This document shows positions 36,502 through 44,220 of a DNA stretch of 48,617 bases, piece after piece. The notes under the pieces are model-generated. The model was not told the DNA's origin, searched no databases, and saw nothing but the letters and a program-made list of their open reading frames with translations. Position numbers and translations under genes: made by a program. The stretch lies in assembly GCA_046765695.1 (NCBI GenBank), contig JBKPNA010000149.1, positions 1 through 48,617 on the forward strand, written 5' to 3'. Position 1 is the first letter of the stretch; every line of letters starts with the position of its first letter. The stretch is from Actinomycetota bacterium (GTDB lineage Bacteria > Actinomycetota > Actinomycetes > Propionibacteriales > Propionibacteriaceae).

Positions 36502-36795
36502 TCAGTCCTCGCCCGTCCGGACGATCCGGCGTACGGACAACAGTTCGACCTCCGGTCGGTAGGCCACCAGGCGCTCCACGGAGTCCAGCACCTCGACCAA
36601 GTGGGCATGGTCAGGGCTGACCACCGCGACGCCGACACCGGCACGGCGATGCAGGTTCAGGTGGTCGACCTCCGCCACGCTGAGCTCGAAACGCTTGCGC
36701 ACCTCCGCGATCAGCGGACGGACCACGGAGCGCTTCTCCTTCAGCGAACGCACCTCACCCAGCAGCAGATCGAACTCGAGCGCGCCCACCCACAT
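36502..36795 (-). CDS. DUF503 (YlxP-like) protein
   Basis: M.VG.L..DL.L..V.SLKEKRSVV, F.LSVAEV...LH.RA..G.A.V pattern. Confidence 0.88.
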   Translation of the reverse strand: MWVGALEFDLLLGEVRSLKEKRSVVRPLIAEVRKRFELSVAEVDHLNLHRRAGVGVAVVSPDHAHLVEVLDSVERLVAYRPEVELLSVRRIVRTGED

Positions 36796-36834
36796 CACCA
36801 CGACGGTGATCTTAAGTGCTTGAGCACTCAATTA

Positions 36835-36883
36835 AATGGTCTGAGGTCAAACCATTGACATTATCGATCTTCGACATCAGACT
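36835..36883 (+). promoter_or_regulatory. Sigma70-type promoter overlapped by a GntR/FadR-like operator
   Basis: Palindrome AATGGTCTG-AGGT-CAAACCATT (36835-36856) overlaps TTGACA (36855-36860); 17-nt spacer; CAGACT (36878-36883). Confidence 0.72.
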
Positions 36884-36928
36884 ACTGCTCGCACCCGGCG
36901 CGGGGACCGGGGGAACAGGAACAGATCC

Positions 36929-38461
36929 ATGACAACTGATCAACAGCATCTCGATGACGATGCCAACACGCTGGCGCAGCTCGGCTACGCGCAGGAGCTT
37001 CGCCGCGGCATGTCCGGGTTCTCGAACTTCGCCATCTCGTTTTCGATCATCTCCATCCTGGCGGGCTGTATCACCAGCTACAAGATCGCGCTGATCTCCG
37101 GCGGGCCGTCGGCCTTGACTCTCGGCTGGCTGATCGTCGGCGTACTGGTGCTCGCCGTCTCGCTGGCCATGGCCGAGGTCTGCTCGCGTTATCCGACGGC
37201 CGGTGGCCTGTACTTCTGGGCCGGGCGACTGGCCAGGAAGAACAAGCGGCAGTGGGCATGGTTCGTCGGCTGGTTCAACTTCATGGGCGAGGTCGCGGTT
37301 ACCGCGGCCATCGACTTCGGCTGTGCCGCCACCTGGATGGCGTTCGCCAGCCTGATGGGTTGGGTGGACGAGGTCACTCCGGTCAAGCTGTTCGCCACGT
37401 TCGTGTTCATCATCATCGCTCACGCCCTGCTCAACACCTTCGGGGTGAAGCTGGTCGCCTTCCTCTCCTCGCTGTCCGCCTGGTGGCACCTCGTCGGCGT
37501 GCTGATCATCGTGGGAGCGCTGTGGATCCTGCCCGAGAAGCACCAGTCGGTGTCCTGGACGCTGACCGGATTCCACAACGAGACCGGCTGGACGTTCCTG
37601 CCGTACGTGTTCCTGATGGGCCTGCTGATGGCCCAGTACACCTTCACCGGCTACGACGCGTCCGCGCATGTCTCGGAGGAAACCAGGGGGGCGAGCCGCT
37701 CTGCGCCGCGCGGCATCGTGATGAGCGTGCTGGTGTCGCTGATCGCCGGCCTCATCCTGCTCTACTCGATCACCGCCGCCATCCCCGACCGGTCGGAGGA
37801 GGGGTTGACCACGCTGGCCGCGTCGGAGACCGGATTGCCGCCGGCACAGATCTTCCTCGACTCGCTCGGCCCAGGTTTGGCCAAGTTCTTGCTGTTCATC
37901 GTCTGCGTCGCCCAGTTCCTGTGTGGCATGGCCTCGGTGACCGCAAACTCGCGCATGACGTACGCGTTCTCCCGCGACAACGCGCTGCCGGCCTCCCGGA
38001 TCTGGGCCAAGGTGAACCCGAAGACCGGCACGCCCACCAACTCCATCTGGCTGTGCGTGGTGCTGTCGATCCTGCTCGCCACGCCGGCGCTGATCTCCAC
38101 GGTGGCGTACCTCGCCGTCACCTCGATCGCCATCATCGGCCTCTACATCGCGTACGTGGCCCCGGTCCTGCTGCGCCGGCTTCGACCGGACTTCGAGCCG
38201 GGCCCGTGGAACCTCGGCCGCTACAGCGCCGTCATCGGCTGGATCGCCGTGATCTGGGTCGCCTTCATCTGCGTCCTGTTCGTGCTGCCGCCCGTGTCGC
38301 CGGTGACGCTGGAAACCTTCAACTACGCACCGGTCGCGGTGATCGCTGTGGTGATCATCGCCCTGGTGACCTGGCAGGCCTGGGGCAAGACGACCTTCAT
38401 GCACGGCGCCAAGGACGAGCACATGACCAGGGCCAGAGATCAGGTGCTCAACGAGCGCTGA
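36929..38461 (+). CDS. APC-family amino acid/amine permease
   Basis: LGYAQEL.R, FSNFAISFSIISIL.G, MAEVCS.YPTAGGLY, QYTFTGYDASAH..EET, SRM.YAFSRD; about 12 TM segments. Confidence 0.93.
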   Translation: MTTDQQHLDDDANTLAQLGYAQELRRGMSGFSNFAISFSIISILAGCITSYKIALISGGPSALTLGWLIVGVLVLAVSLAMAEVCSRYPTAGGLYFWAGRLARKNKRQWAWFVGWFNFMGEVAVTAAIDFGCAATWMAFASLMGWVDEVTPVKLFATFVFIIIAHALLNTFGVKLVAFLSSLSAWWHLVGVLIIVGALWILPEKHQSVSWTLTGFHNETGWTFLPYVFLMGLLMAQYTFTGYDASAHVSEETRGASRSAPRGIVMSVLVSLIAGLILLYSITAAIPDRSEEGLTTLAASETGLPPAQIFLDSLGPGLAKFLLFIVCVAQFLCGMASVTANSRMTYAFSRDNALPASRIWAKVNPKTGTPTNSIWLCVVLSILLATPALISTVAYLAVTSIAIIGLYIAYVAPVLLRRLRPDFEPGPWNLGRYSAVIGWIAVIWVAFICVLFVLPPVSPVTLETFNYAPVAVIAVVIIALVTWQAWGKTTFMHGAKDEHMTRARDQVLNER

Positions 38462-39191
38462 GTCGCGGGCCAGCCGCGAACTCGGTGAGGTCGTCCTCAG
38501 CGCATCCCGCGGCCGGCACGCCTTCGAGGACTGTGTGGAACGCCTGGCCACGGCGATCCGGCTGGGCGTCTACCCCTATGGCAGCACGCTGCCGCCGGAA
38601 CGGGAGCTGGCCGCCCGGATGGGGGTGTCCCGAGCCACCCTGCGGGAGGCCATCGCGGCGCTGCGGTCGGCCAACCTGGTCCGGACGACTCGGGGCCGCG
38701 GCGGCGGCACGGTCGTGGACCTGTCCCCGGCCGTACCGGGGGCCGGAGGTGGTGCGGCGTCGCTGTCAGCCCCGCTGGAGCAGCTGATGGACTCGCTGGT
38801 CTTCCGCCGGATCGTCGAGCCCGGCGCCTGCTACCTGGCCGCATCACAGCCGCTCACCGAAGAGCAACGCCAACTATTGACCGAGGCTCACCACGAGGTG
38901 CGGAACGCGGGGAGTCCGGCGGCGCACCGCCAGGCCGACTCCCGGCTGCATCTCGCCATCGCCTCGCTGACCGGGTCGGCTCAGCTCGTCGATGCGGTGA
39001 CCGGGGTCCAGGCCGATCTGCACGACATGCTGATCGCCATCCCGGTGCTCGGGGTCAACATCGAGCACTCCAACCGGCAGCACGCGGAGATCGTCGAGGC
39101 GATTCTCGGGGGCAACGCACGTCGCGCCCGGCGAGTGATGGAGAGCCACTGCGACGATACGGCCGCCCTGCTCCGCGGGCTGCTGGGATGA
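38451..39191 (+). CDS. GntR/FadR-family transcriptional regulator (start uncertain: ACG 38451 or GTG 38535)
   Basis: LPPERELA..MGVSRATLREAI..L...LV...RGRGGGT HTH plus FCD domain (D..LHLAIA, H..IV.AI..G); the frame is open upstream to 38427. Confidence 0.88.
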   Translation, partial: TSAESRASRELGEVVLSASRGRHAFEDCVERLATAIRLGVYPYGSTLPPERELAARMGVSRATLREAIAALRSANLVRTTRGRGGGTVVDLSPAVPGAGGGAASLSAPLEQLMDSLVFRRIVEPGACYLAASQPLTEEQRQLLTEAHHEVRNAGSPAAHRQADSRLHLAIASLTGSAQLVDAVTGVQADLHDMLIAIPVLGVNIEHSNRQHAEIVEAILGGNARRARRVMESHCDDTAALLRGLLG

Positions 39192-40573
39192 GAGAAGAAT
39201 CGAGTGGCATGACGGAGCTGCGCAACGACCGGCATCTGAGCGTGTATGACCTGCGCCGGAGGATCAACGAGGGCGACATCGACACCGTCGTGGTGGCGTT
39301 CACCGACATGCAGGGGCGGCTCCAGGGCAAGCGAATGCATGGCGCCTATTTTGCCGACCACGTGCTGGAGCACGGCACCGAGGGATGCAACTACCTGCTG
39401 GCCGTGGACATCGACATGAACACCGTCGACGGCTATGCCATCTCCTCCTGGCAGCGGGGCTACGGCGACATGGAGTTCGTGCTGGACCTGCAGACGATCC
39501 GCCTGCTGCCGCACCAGCCCGGTGCCGCCATGGTGCAGTGCGACCTGGTCTGGCTCGACCAGACGCCGGTCCGGCAGTCGCCCCGGACGATCTTGAAGGC
39601 GCAGCTGGACCGGGTTCGCGAGCGTGGCCTGGTGGCGCTTGCCGGCACCGAGCTGGAGTTCATCGCCTTCAAGACGAGCTACGAGGACGCGGCCGATCGC
39701 CACTACCGCGACCTGGTCCCGGTGAATCAGTACAACGTCGACTACTCCATCCTCGGTGGCAGCAGGACGGAGCCGCTGTTGCGGGAGATCCGCAACCAGT
39801 TGTACGCGGCGGGCATGGACGTCGAGTCGGCCAAGGGCGAGTGCAACTTCGGCCAGCACGAGATCGGGTTCCTCTACGCCGATGCGCTGACCACCGCCGA
39901 CAACCACGCCGTCTACAAGACCATGGCCAAGGAGATCGCGGCCCAGCACGGCCAGTCGATCACCTTCATGGCGAAGTACAACGAGCGGGAGGGCAATTCG
40001 TGTCACATTCATCTCTCCCTGCGCGGCCGCGACGGCTCCACCGTCTTCTGGGCGGACAACCGGCGTACCCAGCTCTATGACTCCTTTGTCGCCGGGCTGC
40101 TGGCGACCATGGCCGACTTCACCCTGCTCTATGCGCCCAACATCAACTCCTACAAGCGCTTCGCCCCGGGTAGCTTCGCGCCGACCACCATCGCCTGGGG
40201 CCTGGACAACCGGACCTGCGCCGTACGCCTCGTCGGGCATGGACCAAGCGCCCGGCTGGAGAACCGAGTTCCCGGTGCCGACGTCAACCCGTATCTGGCG
40301 CTGGCCGCCATGCTGGCCGGCGGCCTTTACGGAATCGAGAACGAGCTGGAGCTAGGTCCGGAACTGACCGGCAACGCCTATGCCTCCGACGGCCAGCACG
40401 TGCCGCGTACGCTGCGCGACGCTCGGGATGCGTTCACCAACTCGGCGATCGCGCGGTCCGTGCTCGGCGATGACGTGGTCGATCACTACACGAACATGGC
40501 CGATGTCGAGCTGGCCGCGTTCGATGTCGCGGTCACCGACTGGGAGCTGCGGCGCAGCTTCGAGCGGATGTAG
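39188..40573 (+). CDS. glnA4: Glutamine synthetase-like gamma-glutamylamide synthetase (GlnA4 type)
   Basis: DMQGRLQGKR, GTEGCNYLLAVD, GYGD, GTELEF, KGECN.GQHEI, FMAK...EGNSCHIH.SL, GSFAPT, DNRTCA.R, ENR.PG.D.NPY; operon context; start may be ATG 39209. Confidence 0.88.
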   Translation: MREESSGMTELRNDRHLSVYDLRRRINEGDIDTVVVAFTDMQGRLQGKRMHGAYFADHVLEHGTEGCNYLLAVDIDMNTVDGYAISSWQRGYGDMEFVLDLQTIRLLPHQPGAAMVQCDLVWLDQTPVRQSPRTILKAQLDRVRERGLVALAGTELEFIAFKTSYEDAADRHYRDLVPVNQYNVDYSILGGSRTEPLLREIRNQLYAAGMDVESAKGECNFGQHEIGFLYADALTTADNHAVYKTMAKEIAAQHGQSITFMAKYNEREGNSCHIHLSLRGRDGSTVFWADNRRTQLYDSFVAGLLATMADFTLLYAPNINSYKRFAPGSFAPTTIAWGLDNRTCAVRLVGHGPSARLENRVPGADVNPYLALAAMLAGGLYGIENELELGPELTGNAYASDGQHVPRTLRDARDAFTNSAIARSVLGDDVVDHYTNMADVELAAFDVAVTDWELRRSFERM

Positions 40574-40575
40574 CG

Positions 40576-41937
40576 ATGTCGACCACAACGCTCATCAACC
40601 CGGCCACCGAGCAACCGGTTGCCGATATCGAGCTGACCGATGCCGAGTCCACCGACCAGCTGATCTGCGCCGCGGCTGCGGCCTTTCCCGCTTGGCGTGA
40701 CCTGGCCCCCGGCGAACGCGCCCGGCTGCTCCGCCGGTTCGCGGCGGTGGTGGACGACCATGTCGAGGAGCTGGCCGAACTGGAGGTCGTGAACTCCGGC
40801 CACACCATCCGCAACGCCCGCTGGGAGGCCGGCAACGTCCGCGACGTGCTGAACTACTACGCCGCCGCGCCGGAGCGGATGTTCGGCCGGCAGATCCCGG
40901 TACCGGACGGGGTCGACGTCACCTTCCGGGAGCCGCTGGGCGTGGTCGGGGTGATCGTGCCCTGGAACTTTCCGATGCCGATCGCCGGATGGGGCCTCGC
41001 ACCCGCTCTCGGCGCGGGCAACACCGTGGTGCTCAAGCCTGCCGAGCTGACCCCGCTCACCGCGATCCGGCTGGCCGAGCTGGGCCTGGAGGCAGGACTC
41101 CCGGAGGGGGTGTTCACGGTCGTCCCCGGCCGCGGGTCGGTGGTGGGGGAGCGGTTCGTCAGCCACCCCGACGTACGCAAGATCTGCTTCACCGGGTCGA
41201 CCGAGGTCGGCAAGTCGATCATGCGCGGCTGTGCGGACCAGGTGAAGCGGTGCACCCTCGAGCTGGGCGGCAAGAGCGCGAACGTGATCTTCGCCGACGC
41301 CGACATCGCGGCCGCGGCGGCGAGCGCCCCGTACGCGGTGTTCGACAACGCCGGCCAGGACTGCTGTGCCCGGTCCCGCATCCTGGTGCAGGACTCGGTC
41401 TACTCGGAGTTCCTCGAGGCGCTGCAGCGGGCGGTCAGCGGGATGGTGGTCACCGACCCCGGCGCGGCGGAAGCCGAGATGGGACCGTTGATCTCGGCCG
41501 ACCAGCGGCGTCGCGTCCAGGGCTACCTGGATGAGGTGGAGGTGGCCTTCGCCGGTGACGTGCCGGACGGACCGGGCTACTGGCTGCCGCCGTCCGTCGT
41601 GCTGGCCGAGGACACCCGCCAGCGGATCTGGCGCGAGGAGGTGTTCGGTCCGGTGGTCGCGGTGCTGCCGTTCCGCGACGAGGCCGAGGCCGTGGCGCTG
41701 GCCAACGACACCGAGTACGGACTTTCCGGGTCGATCTTCACCCGCGACCTGGCACGGGCGCTCCGGGTGTCCCGGGCCATCCAGTCGGGCAACCTGAGTG
41801 TCAACTCACACTCCTCAGTCCGTTACTGGACGCCTTTTGGCGGCTACAAGCAGTCGGGGCTGGGCCGCGAGCTCGGTCCGGACGCCCCAGACGCGTTCAC
41901 CGAGGAGAAGAACGTGTTCTTCAGCAACCGAGAGTGA
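40576..41937 (+). CDS. Aldehyde dehydrogenase
   Basis: PWNFP, KPAE, FTGST, LELGGK, NAGQDCCA, EEVFGPV, PFGGYKQSG.GRE. Confidence 0.95.
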   Translation: MSTTTLINPATEQPVADIELTDAESTDQLICAAAAAFPAWRDLAPGERARLLRRFAAVVDDHVEELAELEVVNSGHTIRNARWEAGNVRDVLNYYAAAPERMFGRQIPVPDGVDVTFREPLGVVGVIVPWNFPMPIAGWGLAPALGAGNTVVLKPAELTPLTAIRLAELGLEAGLPEGVFTVVPGRGSVVGERFVSHPDVRKICFTGSTEVGKSIMRGCADQVKRCTLELGGKSANVIFADADIAAAAASAPYAVFDNAGQDCCARSRILVQDSVYSEFLEALQRAVSGMVVTDPGAAEAEMGPLISADQRRRVQGYLDEVEVAFAGDVPDGPGYWLPPSVVLAEDTRQRIWREEVFGPVVAVLPFRDEAEAVALANDTEYGLSGSIFTRDLARALRVSRAIQSGNLSVNSHSSVRYWTPFGGYKQSGLGRELGPDAPDAFTEEKNVFFSNRE

Positions 41938-41944
41938 GGCCGAC

Positions 41945-42712
41945 ATGGGTGAACGGGTAGCAGGCCGGGTCGCCGTGGTCACCGGCGGCTGCTCGGGGAT
42001 CGGCCTCGCCAGTGTCCGCCGGCTGGCGGCCGAGGGCGCCACCGTGGTGATCGGGGACGTCGACGAGAAGCACGGACCGGAAGTGGCGGCCGAGGTCGGC
42101 GGTCTGTTCCAGTGCACCGATGTGACCAATGAGGACGAGGTGCGCCGGCTGTTCGCGGCCGCGCACGCGACGTACGGATCGGTGGACATCGCTTTCAACA
42201 ACGCCGGCATCTCGCCACCCGAGGACGACTCCATCCTGGTCACCGAGCTGGACGCCTGGCGGCGGGTTCAGGAGGTGAACCTGACCAGCGTCTACCTCTG
42301 CTGCCGGGCGGTCCTGCCGTACATGCTCGACCAGGGCAGCGGCTCGATCATCAACACGGCGTCGTTCGTCGCCCTGATGGGCGCCGCGACCTCGCAGATC
42401 TCCTACTCCGCATCCAAGGGTGGGGTGCTGAGTCTGAGCCGTGAGCTGGGGGTGCAGTTCGCCCGGCAGGGCGTGCGGGTGAATGCGCTGTGCCCCGGAC
42501 CGGTGAACACCCGGCTACTCACCGAGCTGTTCGCCGCCGACCCGGAGCGGGCGGCCCGTCGCTTGGTGCACATCCCGATGGGCCGCTTCGCGGAGCCCGA
42601 GGAGATCGCCAACGCCGTGCTGTTCCTGGCCTCCGACGAGTCCAGCTTCGTCACCGCCAGCACCTTCCTCGTCGACGGTGGGATCAGCTCCGCGTACGTC
42701 ACCCCGGTCTGA
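41945..42712 (+). CDS. Short-chain dehydrogenase/reductase
   Basis: TGGCSGIG, NNAGI, YSASK, NALCPG.V.T; RBS GAGG before ATG 41945. Confidence 0.94.
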   Translation: MGERVAGRVAVVTGGCSGIGLASVRRLAAEGATVVIGDVDEKHGPEVAAEVGGLFQCTDVTNEDEVRRLFAAAHATYGSVDIAFNNAGISPPEDDSILVTELDAWRRVQEVNLTSVYLCCRAVLPYMLDQGSGSIINTASFVALMGAATSQISYSASKGGVLSLSRELGVQFARQGVRVNALCPGPVNTRLLTELFAADPERAARRLVHIPMGRFAEPEEIANAVLFLASDESSFVTASTFLVDGGISSAYVTPV

Positions 42713-42718
42713 CATTGC

Positions 42719-42738
42719 CAAGGGGGACGACCCCCTTG
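42719..42738. other. GC-rich hairpin after the SDR gene
   Basis: CAAGGGGG-ACGA-CCCCCTTG; a degenerate second copy (GGACGATCCCCTGG) lies near 42795. Confidence 0.5.
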
Positions 42739-42838
42739 AACCCCCGCCGCGCGCGCAATAAAACACGGGAGCGCGCGAGGGACCCTGGCAGCGAGGACGA
42801 TCCCCTGGCGCCCCGCGCTTCACTATAGATTGGTCGTT

Positions 42839-43570
42839 ATGACGGCGAGACCTGCCGGCTCCAGGCCGGTGATCGGCTTGAGCACCTACCGCGAGCAGGC
42901 GGCCTGGACGGTGTGGAACATGCCGGCCGATCTGTTGCCGGCGGTATACACCCGATCGGTCGAGGCCGCCGGCGCGGTGGTGATGCTGCTGCCACCACAG
43001 GTCGAGGGTGCGGCCGATGTGGTCGCCCGGCTGGACGGTCTGATCATCACCGGAGGGCCCGACATCGACCCCGAGCGCTACGGCCAGCAGCGCGGACCGC
43101 GTACGGTGCGGGTCCGCCGGGACCGGGACGCCTGGGAGATCGCCCTGCTCGACGCGGCAGCGGAGGCGGATCTGCCCACCCTCGGCATCTGTCGCGGCAT
43201 GCAGCTGATGGCGGTGCGGGCCGGTGGCACGCTGGAGCAGCACCTGCCGGACGTGGTCGGCCACGACGAGCATGCCCCGGACACCAGTTCGTATGGCTGG
43301 ACCGCCATCCGGACAACCGATGGGTCGCTGGTCCGCCAACTGGTCGGTGACAACCTGCAGGTCAGTTGTCACCATCATCAGGCGGTGATCGACCATCCCG
43401 GATTCCTGGTGACCGCGCGAGCCGCCGACGGCACCATCGAAGCGATGGAGGACCCGGAACGGCCGTTCTGGCTGGGCGTGCAGTGGCATCCGGAGAGCGG
43501 CGACGACCATGGCCTGTTTCTCGGTCTGGTCGAGGCCGCCGCCAAGTCCTCCCAACTCTTGGCACGTTGA
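42839..43570 (+). CDS. Gamma-glutamyl-amide hydrolase (PuuD/peptidase C26 family)
   Basis: RPVIGL, LDGLIITGGPDIDP..YG, LGICRGMQ, HHQA, GVQWHPE; TAGATT 7 nt before ATG. Confidence 0.93.
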   Translation: MTARPAGSRPVIGLSTYREQAAWTVWNMPADLLPAVYTRSVEAAGAVVMLLPPQVEGAADVVARLDGLIITGGPDIDPERYGQQRGPRTVRVRRDRDAWEIALLDAAAEADLPTLGICRGMQLMAVRAGGTLEQHLPDVVGHDEHAPDTSSYGWTAIRTTDGSLVRQLVGDNLQVSCHHHQAVIDHPGFLVTARAADGTIEAMEDPERPFWLGVQWHPESGDDHGLFLGLVEAAAKSSQLLAR

Positions 43571-43603
43571 CCACCAGATGTGGTTGACGTGCCAGGAGTT
43601 CTG

Positions 43604-44179
43604 CTAGCGATGCACGGGCGTACGCGGCCGGTGGCCGTGGGGTTGGTGCATCCCGGCGGGTAGCGCGGTTGGTCGCACGTCGCGCAGTCGCTCGACCGTG
43701 CGGAACGCGTCGGGAGCCAGCATGTCGAGGTCGTGGTTCACCCGACCCAACACCCGTTCGTCGACGGCGACCGTGATGATCGCCACCGCGCCGTTCACAC
43801 CATCGGCGTCACTGCGGGTGGCCGGCCAGCCGTGTTCGCGCAGCCGGGCGGTCTCCTCGATGCCGGAGCCGTCGACCACCAGCCGGACGAGGGATCGGCC
43901 GTTGGACAACCGTTCGTCGACCACCATGCCCAGCAGCGTGCCGCCGGACACGCCAAGGCCGTACGCGGCGATCCGCACCGGATCCTGGAGTGAGGACAGG
44001 ACGGCACCGAAGGCCAGCACGAACACGAGCGACTCGACGCCGGCGACGGCGGCGGCCGTCACCTTCCGCCCAGCGGCGGCCACGGTGACGCGCAAGGTCC
44101 ACAGGCTCACGCTGGCGCAGGCCAGCAGGGCGAGGCCGGCCGCATCGGTGAGCAGTCTGAGCAGGGAATCGATCGTCAT
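43604..44179 (-). CDS. DUF5698/DUF2179 (UPF0316-like) membrane protein
   Basis: VSL.TLR.....G....AA....E, AY.LG...GT..G....ERL TM region, followed by a soluble domain LR..G...T...A.G..G ending P.AF. Confidence 0.75.
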   Translation of the reverse strand: MTIDSLLRLLTDAAGLALLACASVSLWTLRVTVAAAGRKVTAAAVAGVESLVFVLAFGAVLSSLQDPVRIAAYGLGVSGGTLLGMVVDERLSNGRSLVRLVVDGSGIEETARLREHGWPATRSDADGVNGAVAIITVAVDERVLGRVNHDLDMLAPDAFRTVERLRDVRPTALPAGMHQPHGHRPRTPVHR

Positions 44180-44220
44180 AACCAAGGGGCGGAAGGCGAC
44201 GCCTCCCAATGTGAGGCGGC

